Source: Chrysomallon squamiferum
Lineage: Eukaryota > Animalia > Mollusca
Reading direction: 5' to 3'
DNA length: 64,000 bases
NCBI GenBank assembly: GCA_012295275.1
Contig: CM022668.1
Span: 9,362,001-9,426,000 of the forward strand
Shown in pieces: positions 12,301-24,653 of the stretch; positions within the stretch are counted from its first letter, which is position 1; every line of letters starts with the position of its first letter. The translations under genes and the position numbers were made by a program. Below the pieces are notes generated by a model. The model saw only the letters and a program-made list of their open reading frames with translations, had not been told where the DNA came from and did no database searches.

Positions 12301-14374
12301 ATTTGTCTTAAGTGTGCACATATAATGATATGCCATGACCTTTGATGACTACTTTCTGAATGAATGACCTGTAAACCTCTAAACTTGTTTGTACAGCTTT
12401 ACCACTAACAGTTCTTAAACAATGTACTTAACATTTAATTCATAGAGCAACAAGTAACAGTATTGCTGTTGGACAGAAATTCATTTAGTAAATATACAGA
12501 TGTAAGCCAGTAACTGAATACCTTAATTTCTGAAATGAAGAACCTGTATGAAACAGTTCCCAAACAATATCCTTCACTGACATCCAGAGAAATTACTAAT
12601 AAAAAAATAATAACATCTGTATATATTTCATCATCGCTTATAAGTTATATGTTACATTTAATGAAAATGACACAGTTAATTGTTCAAATTTTTTTTTTAG
12701 CTATTTAATTGTTTGAATTTTTTTTGTTCCATTGTTCCTTATTTTTGGGAAACCCTAAGAAAAATATTAATGGTTTGGTGAATCCCCAAAATATGTGTAT
12801 TTCATCAACAAGTTACATTTAATGAAAATGACAGTTAACTGTTTAATTATTTTATTTAGGTATTTAATCAAGTGTTTAAATGTTTTACTTTTCAGTGTTG
12901 CTTATCAGAGGATATCGTGGGAGAATCTTAAAAAGAGCATCAACGGTTTGGTGAACAAAGTGAACGTTTCCAACATCATTCCAATTGTGAGAGAATTATT
13001 CCAAGAAAATATTGTTCGAGGACGGTAAGTGTGAAAACGCAATGATTTGTCCAGGTTGATCATTTTGTGAAACCCTATAGAAAATTTACCTATGTCAATG
13101 TTTTTTTGTAAAATAAATGTTAAGACATTTGTTTGGACAAAAAGATTTTCTTATTCATGTAATTAAATGTCTAAAAATGTATTAGCATACTGTCATATGA
13201 TTATACATAAACCAGAACATTTTTATGTTACAAATATTATTTTATTTTAATGTTTACAGAAGCTTGCTAGTTTGATAAAAATTATTTTATTTTATGTTTT
13301 CAGAGGCTTACTAACTTGATAAATAGTATTTTATTTAAATATTTACAGAGGTTTGATAAAAATTATTTTATTTTATGTTTTCAGAGGCTTACTAACTTCA
13401 TAAATATTATTTTTTTTTTTTTAAATGTTAAGACATTTTTTGGACAGAGGTTTTCTTATTTGATAAAAAATATTTTATTTTATGTTTTCAGAGGCTTACT
13501 AACTTGATAAATAGTATTTTATTTAAATATTTACAGAGGTTTGATAAAAATTATTTTATTTTATGTTTTCAGAGGCTTACTAATTTGATAAATATTATTT
13601 TATTTAAATATTTACAGATGCTTGCTAGTTTGATAAATATTATTTTATTTTAATGTTTACAGAGGTTTGCTAGTTTGATAAATATTATTTTATTTTAATG
13701 TTTACAGAGGTTTGCTAGTTTGATAAATATTATTTTATTTTAATGTTTACAGAGGTTTGCTAGTTAGATAAATATTTTATTTTTTTGTTTACAGAGGTTT
13801 GCTAGTTCGATAAATATTATTTTATTTTAATGTTTACAGAGGTTTGCTAGTTTGATAAATATTATTTTATTTGTATGTTTACAGAGGTTTGCTAGTTTGA
13901 TGTATATTATTTTATTTTAATATTTTCAGAGGTTTGCTAGTTTGATAAATATTATTTTATTTGTATGTTTACAGAGGTTTGCTAGTTCGGTCGATTCTCC
14001 AGGCTCAGACTCTGTCACCTACTTTCACTCACGTGTATGCTGCTCTGGTGTCTATTATAAACACAAAGGTAATATTATTAATACTATTATTGCTATTTTA
14101 GTTGTTATCATTATTGATAGTGTTGTTTCTATGTTGGTGTTGCCATTGTTATGATTGTTATTTTTGTTGTGTTATTGGTTTCATCATTATAACTATTATT
14201 ACAGTTAATACTTTTTATTTATTTTTTTATTAATGTTTTTTGTTTCAGATAAAATTTGTAATTGACTTAATATAGTTCTATTTAATTTTTTTTATTTCTG
14301 TATTCTGTTTCTTTTTTTCTTTTTTTATCTTCTTTGTATTTTATTTTCTGCTGTTGCATTGGACAATTTTGGTT

Positions 14375-14410
<36 letters not shown>

Positions 14411-17400
14411 AAAAAAAATTATATATTCAAATTTATTATTTATTTTCTTTTCATTTCTGATTGTTGTGATTTTTATCAGGATTGCCATAACTGATTTCTC
14501 AATTTGTTTTGTATTATAAGAATTGGCTGGATTTATAAATATAATTTCTTATGATGTAATTGTTTATTATTATTATTATTATTTTTGGTATTAAAATATT
14601 TATTATAGAAAATGTTTTTCAGTTTCCACAAATTGGAGAACTTCTCCTGCGTCGAGTTGTACTCCAGTTCAAAAAGGGTTTCCGTAGAAACGACAAAACA
14701 TTGTGTCTGACAACAACACGGATTGTAGCTCATCTTGTGAATCAGCAAGTGGTAGGAGTTGTCTCCCTTTTAATTTAAAAGACATTTATATAAATCTACT
14801 TAACAAGTAGTTAATTTATTTTCTTACACACACATAGCATCACTGACACTGGGTTACAAGTTATATTTTGTAAATAAATTATTATATATTTTTTTTATTT
14901 TTAGGTTAAATATACATAATAATTTGTTAATATTAATTTACATATTGTTAATTTTAAATTCTCGCGTAGATTTTAAAATTGATTATTATAAATTGAATTT
15001 CACGAAAATATTTCAGATTAATATGGTGAATGATGAATCTTTTTTCATTTGTTTTGGCTTCAAATGTTAATTCAAATTTATATGTGTTTCAAATCGTATT
15101 AATTTCTTTCTGTACATTTCAAAACCCTGTCAGTTTCTAACTTGTAATTTAAAAACCATTTTAGTTTCCAATCCTGTTAAATTTTGGCTTTTTAAACATT
15201 TCACCATAGGATTATTTATCATTTCAACTGTGTCATAGTCTTGTCTGATAACATAATTATGACATAATATTATCTTTGTAGATATCCATTAATGACTTAA
15301 ATAATTTGAAATCCTTTGACATGTCATTCATTCATTTTGTGAATTTATACATGTATTAATTTTGAGCTGGATAATTAATATTTAAATTACTTGATAGGCT
15401 CATGAAGTGTTGTGTTTGGAGATTCTCACATTACTGCTGGAAAACCCAACAGATGACTCTGTCGAAGTGGCTGTTGGCTTTCTCAAGGAATGCGGTTCAA
15501 AACTGACAGAAGTATCACCAAGAGGAATAAATGGTAAATCTCCAGAACCTTTTGTGTAATGAGGCAAACGTTTTATAAAATGTTTAAGACTGATGTAATT
15601 TCTAGCATACAGAAATAGATTGTATTTTTATATCTTTGAGATAGTGAATGAAAAAATAGTGAGAGAGAGTGTGTGTGTGTGTGTGTGAGAGAGAGAACAG
15701 CATTCTGTATACCCACTGCTATTGTAATACTCATATACTTAACATAAATGAAATGAAATAAGAGTAAATTTCAGAATAGTATATCTGTGGCCATGTTTGT
15801 GGTCAACACTGAATAAATTGTGAGAAAAGAGGTTTAACCTATTATTATTATTAATTTACATGTTTTTATTTTATCAAGATATTTATTCTGATGTTTGATT
15901 ACAAAGGTTTTACCATTTAAAACAAAAACATTTATATTATATTACATTATATTATATTATATTATTTATTCATTGATTTTTTTAAAATTATTATTATTAT
16001 ATTTTTTTATTTATTTATTTACATTTATTTTTAGCAATTTTTGAACAGTTGAGAAACATCTTACATCAGGGCAGTGTCAGTCAAAGGGTTCAGTACATGC
16101 TGGAGGTCATGTTTGCTGTCAGGAAAGATGGGTTCAAGGTGAGGTCAGCTCATAGGTGTAACCCTGTGTTTACTTTCATTGCAGGAGTTCAGTTGTTGAT
16201 GCCAAAATATTTATTATTGAAATTATTTAACATTTACTTAAGAAACGTCAAAACTATAATTCAGATCATGATAATTTGATTTTATATTTAAAACAAAAGT
16301 GTTATTTAACTTTATTTTGTTTCATTGTAAGTTGCTTTTTTTTCTTCTAAATATAAATATAAATTATTTTTTGTTTTATTTGTTCCATACAGTTTAATGT
16401 TATTTTTTATTTTTATTTTTTTCTAGTGAATCAAATGTAATATTTTTTTAATTAATTTTTTTAAAATATTTTTTACAGATTTTGTGTTTTATTTTTTCAA
16501 TGCATTATATATATATATATATATTTTTTATATTTTTTTTTACAGGACCATCCAGCTTTGCTTGATGACCTTGACCTTGTGGAGGAAGCTGATCAGTTCA
16601 CACATTTGATGACACTGGAGGAAGCCAAAGATCCTGAAGATTTGCTGAGTAAATAAATAAATAAATAATAAAGATAAGAATAAATTAATAAATAAATTAA
16701 TGTCGAAGATACTAAATAATAAACAGGTTTGTAAAAAAATAAATTAAAAAATCAACGTAATAACAATGATTGTCATCTTTTTTAGATACTCATTCAGAAT
16801 AATTAGTAAATCACTTTATAAATGAATATTATATTTAAAAAACCCAGTATATATGTTGTTTTTTGGGGGTTTAACTACAATATTTATTCACACATATATT
16901 GATTTATTAACTGATATATAAATTATTAATAATAAATAATCATTATTAGAATATTAAAAACTTTTTTATTTTTTTTTATGATATTGTTAGTTTTATTTAC
17001 GAAATATTGTTATCAGCATTAATGTATCTTTGTTTTATAGTTTTGTGTTTGATTTCCTTTTCACTGTTATCAGAATATTTTGTGTTTTTACAGACATTTT
17101 CCGAGCTGATCCAAATTTCTTGGACAATGAGGACAAGTACAAAGCTTTGAAGAAAGGTAGGCACAAAAAGCCAAGTTTAATAATTTAAGGTTGAATGAAA
17201 TGCAGTCAATGTACATATTTAAATGTAGACATTAATGTCCACAATTGTATCATAATATATACCTAGCATGATAATATATACTTTGTATTCATAATATATA
17301 CATTGTTTCATAATATATACATTGTTTAATAATGTATATATTGTTTCATAATACTTACACTGTATCATAATATACATGATATAAACTTTGTATAATATAT

Positions 17401-20329
17401 ATGTTATCATAACAGATGGACGGTATTGTAATAGATGCATTGTATGATAACATATACATGGAAATGAAGTCATATGTGACACAAATATTAAAAACACAAC
17501 AGTTTTGAGGCATGCATGTGTAAACACAATGGACTCAAACACGTACACGCACATACATATTTATACCGACATATACATACACAATGTACAATTTGTTTCA
17601 GTGATTTTACTATTTTAAGTCTTGTTTTGTTTACATTATTTTTATTTAATTATTCAAAAAATTTACAATGACAGTACTATTTGAAATTTCATACTGAGTT
17701 TAAACAGACTGAATTTCAATTACATTTTTAATATTTTTTTCATTATTATTAATTTATATATTTTTAAAAATAATTTAGTTAAGAATTTCTGTTCAGTTGT
17801 ATTTAATTTATTATAAATGATATATTTTTGTTAAATTTAATTTAATCATTACCTTTTAAAAAAAATTCCATTTCATTTATATTGTTACAAATTTGACTTG
17901 ATTTGAATTTTTAATGTACTGAAAATTGTGTTCCATGCATATTTTAAATTTTTCTAAATATTTAAATTTTTAAATTTATTGACAGAGATTCTTGATGAGA
18001 GCAGCTCGGATGAGGGAAGTGGATCTGGATCTGGTTCAGGATCAGGATCTGATGATAGTGATGATGAGGATGAAGGTAGGATATTTTTGAACTTGATCCT
18101 TTAGAGTCAGTCCTAGAAGAAACACTGATCTTAAACTCACTGACTGAATTAGTACAATAAGTCATGTGATTAAGCAAAGCATTAAAACAGGAGATTTTTG
18201 TTGCTAAATTATTTCTGGATTTTGTTGTTATAAAAGATTTAAAAAAAAAAAAAAAAATTTTTTTTAATTAATTATTGTTAATATTGTCATTTTTATTAAT
18301 GTTTGTTATTTTTTTTTTTTTTAGTATTACCATTATTACTTCTACTGCTGTTAATAGTTTTAGAGTCTAAAAATATTGTTTGTACTGTTTTGATGTTAAT
18401 ATGACCAATACCAAAAAAATTATATTCTCAGAAATTTTTGAAATAGTTTTCCTTTGAGAATTAATTTCTATAAAAATTAATCAACTATTTTAAACTGCAT
18501 ATACTAGAAATTACCTTTAATCTTAACTGAACTATTATGTTAGTGCTAGATAAATGGTACAAGTTTGAGAATACAAATTACATTTAATATTAAACTAATT
18601 CATCTTTGTTTACAAGTCCTATTTACATATATCGTATGATACCTGGTTCAGGTAAATTATGCACCATTGTTTACAAGAACTGTTTACTGTTTCACACTTT
18701 TGTTTACAAGTTCTGCTTGCATATTTATTAACTATTTTTCATGTATTAGGTAAATTACATTTGTTTACAAGTATTATTTACTGTTCTACCTGGATCAGGT
18801 AAATTATACACCTTTGTTTACTGTTTCACCAGATGAAGAAGCTAAGCAGACCATTATTGACAACACAGAGACAAATCTTGTGGCTCTAAGAAGGACAATC
18901 TACCTGACAGTCCAGTCCAGTCTTGATTTTGAGGAGTGTGCACATAAAATGTTGAAGATGGAATTAAAACCAGGACAAGAGGTGAAATACTGAGTTTATG
19001 TAATGGGTAAAGTGTGTGTATGTATTTGTTATGTTTGTTTTGGAGATGGAATTAAATTGAACCAACAGGTGTGAAATGTTTGTTGAGAGAGACAGACAGA
19101 CAGACAGACAGGTGATGAGAGAGAGAGAGAGAAGGATTGAGAAAGAATGTGACTTTTTGTGTTTCTGTGTTCAAGTTGTTGTGTGTATAAATGAGAATAA
19201 AGAGAGAGGGGTAGAGCATGAGAGATAGAGAGACAAAAACAGCGAGAGCAGGATAGAGATACATAAAGAGAGGAATATACAGAATAAGGGAGGCAGACAG
19301 AGTGAATGAGCAATTTTTATATGTAACAAATAACATTTAAAGAAGTTATGAAAGATACAAAATATTATTCAGTGGTTATTTTAATTGCAGATTGAATTAT
19401 GCAACATGATTCTTGATTGTTGTGCTCAGTTACGAACATACGAAAAATTCTTTGGTCTTCTAGCACAGGTAAACATTTTTAACATTTACTTAAATTTTTC
19501 TTCTTTATTTTTCCTTTTTTCATCTTTCTCTAATTAAAGAAGACTATAAAACACAGTAACATTTTTTGGTCTTTCAGTAGTTCTAGAATAAAATAATATT
19601 TAATTTGATTTGATGTTTGTTTAATGACAAAATATTGACTATTGGATATCATTAAAAGATAAATAAAACAAAACTAATTTGTTTTGAAATAGGATTTTAT
19701 TAGAATAAAATAAATTTTATTTAATTTGGTTTCAGCAAAAAGTTTTTTTTTATTTTGTCTGAGTGATTCTAGATGGAAGTAAGATTATTATATAATCTCC
19801 AATTGTAGCATAAAATAAAAGTGTATTGATTTGCTTCAAACAGTTGTTAAATGAAATACATTTTAATTCTGATTTATCAGTTGTAGAATTAAATAAAATT
19901 TACTTAAATCAGTAGTTGTGAAGTAAATTATTATTATTATTATTTTTTTTTTTTCAGAGGTTCTGCCAGCTGGACAAGAAATATGTTGAGCCATTTCAGA
20001 ACATTTTTCTTGAGCAGTATGAAACCATACACAGACTTGAAACAAACAAACTGAGAAATGTATCCAAGTTCTTTGCTCACCTCCTGCTCACTGACGCAGT
20101 ATCCTGGGGTGTGAGTACCATTGCTCACCTTAGTTTTGCTCTTATTTGGTTACTTGTCATTGTATCTTTGGAAAGATGTTTGTATTGTTGTATCTTTAGG
20201 TAGATATTTTTTTCATGGTATGTTCACTCAGATTTGGTATTTGTGTTTTTATATCCTTAAATTTAATAATCATTTTATCTTTGTTTTAGTTTTGTTGTAT
20301 TAATTATTTAGACTTTTGTTTTATTTATT

Positions 20330-20379
<50 letters not shown>

Positions 20380-20407
20380 TTTATTATTTAGACTTTTGTT
20401 TTATGTA

Positions 20408-20447
<40 letters not shown>

Positions 20448-21433
20448 TTTATTTATTTTATTTTTTTACCCCATCCAGGTACTGAGTTGTATCAAACTAA
20501 ATGAAGATGATACAACCTCAGCTAGTAGAATTTTTATCAAGATTCTCTTTCAAGAACTGTCAGAATTCATGGGTCTCCCAAAACTGAACGACAGGCTGAA
20601 AGATCAGTAAGTTTATTTTTACTTCACAGAGTTATTTTAACTTTAACAGCTCGTAGTCACAATGCCAGTGTCTAAGGTGCTCATTATCATATCTAGGTGT
20701 TCAGGTGCTCATCATATTTAGAGGAGATATAGGTGTTATAGAGAACTGTGGGAGGGGTTAGCAAATTCAAATTCAGACAGTCATCCATTATCATGAACAC
20801 ATCCTCTAGACAAATAACAATCTTAAGATTATAGACTAAAATTATTATCAGGTTGTACAGTCACCATTTTCTCCAATATCTCTCTCAGTAATACTGTGAC
20901 CGTTTTAATGTGCATTTATAAAATTCCTTAGGTTTAACTAGATATATACTTTAAAAAACTGGGCAGAACTTCTGTTACAACCAAATACTTTAAATTTAGT
21001 TTAATGAGATTTTTCTACAGTTGGATACAGAAAATAAATGTATCTGCTGAAACACAGTTTTGTTGATATTTGGGTTTAACATTAAAACAAAGACAAAATG
21101 ATCCATCTTCATCACACTTGTTTTGTTTAATTACATGAACATTTTCAACCTATGACGTAATTGGTGGTGGCTAGGAAATAGGTATAAAAAGTAATGAATT
21201 AAAGTTTAATTTTTTATTTTATTTTTTTTTTACTCTTATTATTATTTGAATTATTGTTTTATCTACTGTCATCATTGATGTGGTTCTCTTATTTTTTGCC
21301 ATTGTTATTGTTATTAATTTATTAACATTTGTTATGGATGGTGTTATTGTATTATTGTTACTATATTAATAGTAGAATTAGAAGTAGTAGAGGCAGTATT
21401 ATTATTATTTCTACTACTACTATTACTATTATT

Positions 21434-21470
<37 letters not shown>

Positions 21471-24054
21471 CTGTTACTATTATAATAATAATTATTATTG
21501 TTAGTTATTATTGTTATTGTTACTATTATTATTATTATTATTGTTATTGTTACTATTATTATTATTATTGTTATTATTATTATTGTTACTATTATTATTA
21601 TTGTTCTTGTTATTATTATTGTTATTGTTATTATTATTATTGTTACTATTATTATTTTTATTATTGTTAGTATTATTGTTGTTGTTATTATTATTATTAT
21701 TGTTATTGTTACTATTATTATTATTGTTATTGTTATTGTTACTTATTATTGTTATTATTATTATTGTTATTGTTGTTGTTATTGTTATTGTTACTATTAT
21801 TATTGTTGTTATTGTTATTGTTATTGTTATTATTGTTATTGTTATTGTTGTTATTGTTATTGTTATTGTTATTGTTATTGTTATTATTATTATTATACTG
21901 TCTTTCTCTCAGGACACTTCAGCCCTATTTTGAAGGACTTCTGCCCAGAGATAACCCAAAGAACACTCGATTTGCTATCAACTTTTTTACAACCATTGGC
22001 TTGGGAGGTCTGACGTGAGTTTCTTTTAACAAATCAGCTACTTCAGATCTGATTGTTTTCTTTAAATTTGTGTTTAGTCTCAATTTGGGATGGGAGTATA
22101 ATTAGTAGAAATTATTCTTATTATTGTAATTAATAATAATAGTAATAGTACTGTTGTTATTGTTTTCTGTATTACAATTATTAGTAGGTTTATTTACTTC
22201 TTTGTTGTTAGTAGCCTTTATATCTCCTTCTGTCTCTCACTCATTTTTTTTTTTTTTTTTCTGTCTAGCTGTCTGACTACCCAACTATCTGTCAAACTAT
22301 CTGTATATCTGTATCTTCTGTCTGTTCAGTATTCATATTCAAGGATTACATTGTACATTTTCAGATATATTAATTACTTGACATATTAAATTAACATATA
22401 TTATTTTATTAAATTGATAGTTATAACAATCTGAATACAAACTAATAAAATAATATATTCACATATTGACTTCAATCTGGACTGTTAGCAAACAGGTCAA
22501 TGCATTTTTATTCCGAGAAGTCATTAAATGTTCATTCATTCTGTTAACAACATCCATGTTACAGTGATGATCTCCGTGATCACTTGAAGACGATGACAAA
22601 GCAGCTGATGCAGCAGAAACAGGAGCAGAATGCTGCAGAGGATGAGGAGGATGATGATGATGATGACAGTTCTGATTCAGATTCAGACTCCAGTTCGGAC
22701 TCCAGTTCATCATCTTCATCTAGCAGCTCCGATATCTCTGACGCAGGTAAAATCTTGAAGTAGTTTTTTTTAAATTTTTGATTCATTATAAGGTGTAATC
22801 AAACAGTTTGATTGTAAACAAGACAAAACATTTGGTTCTTTTAACATAATCATGGAGACAACAAAAAAGAATTGAAGGTGAACCATTTAAACTAATTTTC
22901 ATTTCGTTTTTTTTTAATTTAATTTTATGAATTATTTTAATTAATCCTGTATATTTTTATTTAATTCATGGCTGTTTTGAATTCCATTTGTATTAGTATA
23001 ATTATTTGTTTTATTAGTTTCAATGTCTGTATTTTGTTTTGTTTTGATGTATTTATTAACATGTTTTATATTTAAAAATATATATTTTTTAAAACTTCTT
23101 TATTTAGCATCTAATATTTTTCCTTTCTCATTAATTTTATATCACATTTATTTTATTTTTTCATTAACATTAGATGACATTTAATACTTTTCTTTAATTT
23201 AATTTGTCATTTATTTAATTGATTATTATTATTATTATTACTTTTAAAAATTTTATATATATATATTACTCAGATTCAGAAAGTTCCTCATCAGAGTCTG
23301 AAAAAGAAAATCCGAGGGCGAAAAGAAAAACAAAACGAATGTCACAGGAAAGATCAAATCATGCAGACCGAAACAGGAAGCCACAGGAAAACTCAGTCAG
23401 GGAGCACGCTCACACTGAGAAACACAGAAAAGACAAGAAAGATGAAAACGACAAAGACAGGATTCGACGAGTTATCGACAAACCAAGAGAAAACGAACGC
23501 AATGGAAAAGATCGAGATCTCGGGACAGGGACAAGCTGCGCAACGTCACAGACATTGACAGCAGACGGCGGGAGAGGAATACGGACAATCGCCATGACAA
23601 CAGAGACCACGAAAACGACAATGACAGTTACAACAGGAAGGACAAAGATGGAAAGTGGAACAGTCGTGGAGGTGGTTGCGATAATTCTGATAGGAACAGT
23701 TCGCGGAGAGACAGAAGAGATAGGGACGAAAAAGAAAACCATCGCAGACATTCGTCCCGAGAACGTGGTCGTAGTGGTCGCAGCAGGCGCTTGTCGAGAA
23801 GTGATGACGATGGCGATGATGTTGTGCATGAGAAAACAAACAAAAAGTCCGATAGGTTACGTGACGATAACGATCGAGATGTTTATGATAGGAATGTTTA
23901 CAAGCGGGATGTTTACGACAGACGGGGAACTCCTGGGTCGGATGGGGACGCTGGGAGTTTGAATCATAAATCGAGGGACTATAAAAGTAGTGTAGAGAAA
24001 AGTTCAAAACGTGATAAATATTCCAGCAGGGATGATGCTTATAAAAGACATTAA
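6362..24054 (+). CDS. CWC22: Pre-mRNA splicing factor CWC22 (MIF4G + MA3 domains; eIF4A3/EJC loader), about 1,705 aa after correcting two 1-bp frameshifts
   Basis: 20 coding exons: 6362-6372, 6839-8884, 9606-9643, 10185-10628, 11532-11687, 12896-13024, 13975-14068, 14623-14751, 15398-15533, 16035-16138, 16546-16648, 17094-17156, 17986-18075, 18833-18981, 19391-19468, 19958-20110, 20479-20606, 21913-22014, 22565-22746, 23274-24054. All GT-AG with matching phases. Signatures: '[15 protein letters not shown]', '[21 protein letters not shown]', '[21 protein letters not shown]', '[26 protein letters not shown]'. Frameshifts at about 8791 and 23508. Confidence 0.95.
13235..13990 (+). repeat. 45-bp minisatellite built from the CWC22 intron 6 / exon 7 junction (16 decoy copies plus the real acceptor)
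   Basis: Unit approximates AAATATTATTTTATTTTAATGTTTACAG|AGGTTTGCTAGTTTGAT. The final copy continues into the true exon (AGGTTTGCTAGTTCGG...) at 13975. Confidence 0.95.
21420..21898. repeat. Compound (TAT/TGT)n trinucleotide microsatellite of about 480 bp in a CWC22 intron
   Basis: Visible directly; source of the poly-L, poly-I/V and poly-Y/C ORFs in the track. Confidence 0.95.
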
Positions 24055-24074
24055 ATAATTCTTCAATTTTTTCA

Positions 24075-24110
<36 letters not shown>

Positions 24111-24361
24111 AAAAATGATAATAATAATAAAAATAACAATATTTTGTTTAATTTTATGGGGCTGGGTGTGAAAAATAACAAAAAATGTGAGGCTGAAGAT
24201 TTTAAAAATAATTATTTCAAAGTTTTTATTTCTTTTTTAATGTTGGATGGATGGATGGATGGATGGACATTTTATTAAGTATGGAACATAGTGTTACTGT
24301 TTTGGTGTAATACTGATACCAGAAAGGAAGTTGTTGCTACGCACTAAGAGTTAAATATTTT

Positions 24362-24450
24362 GTTAGCAGCAGAAGATCATTTGTATATGCACCTTCTCAC
24401 AGGTTGAATATACACCTTATGTTTTATAAACCACTCATGGGTCATTGGTT
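24362..24450 (+). repeat. Degenerate interspersed-repeat (SINE-like) fragment
   Basis: TAGCAGCAGAAGATCATTTGTATATGCACCTTCTCACAGG aligns with CAGCGGCAAATTATCTTTAATATGCACCATCCCACATACAGG at about 52072. Resemblance to a gastropod SINE core is from memory and unverified. Confidence 0.35.
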
Positions 24451-24614
24451 GCAGTGAACTGATGTGTTTAAGTTGTTATTTAATTTACAAAAACAAAACA
24501 AATTTAAATAAACTTTATATACTGAAATTGATTTAGGATGGATTCTTTGTTTGAAATACATTTGTTTTTATTTATTTATTTATTTATTTATTTTATTTAT
24601 ATCTTTGTTTTATT

Positions 24615-24653
<39 letters not shown>

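Noticed and set aside
13235-13990. CRISPR-like array
   Set aside because: Units are contiguous tandem copies with no unique spacers, lie in a eukaryotic intron, derive from the adjacent exon junction, and there are no cas genes.
21329-22018. Poly-Leu, poly-Ile/Val and Tyr/Cys-rich ORFs
   Set aside because: Translations of a (TAT/TGT)n microsatellite; only 21913-22014 is a real CWC22 exon.
24078-24108. Poly(A) just after the CWC22 stop suggesting a retrocopy
   Set aside because: The gene has 19 introns and genomic A/T runs of this length are common throughout the window.
23361-24181. Antisense ORFs (139 and 211 aa) and the 247-aa + ORF beyond about 23510
   Set aside because: Shadows of the RD-rich last CWC22 exon; the + ORF runs out of frame after the homopolymer indel.
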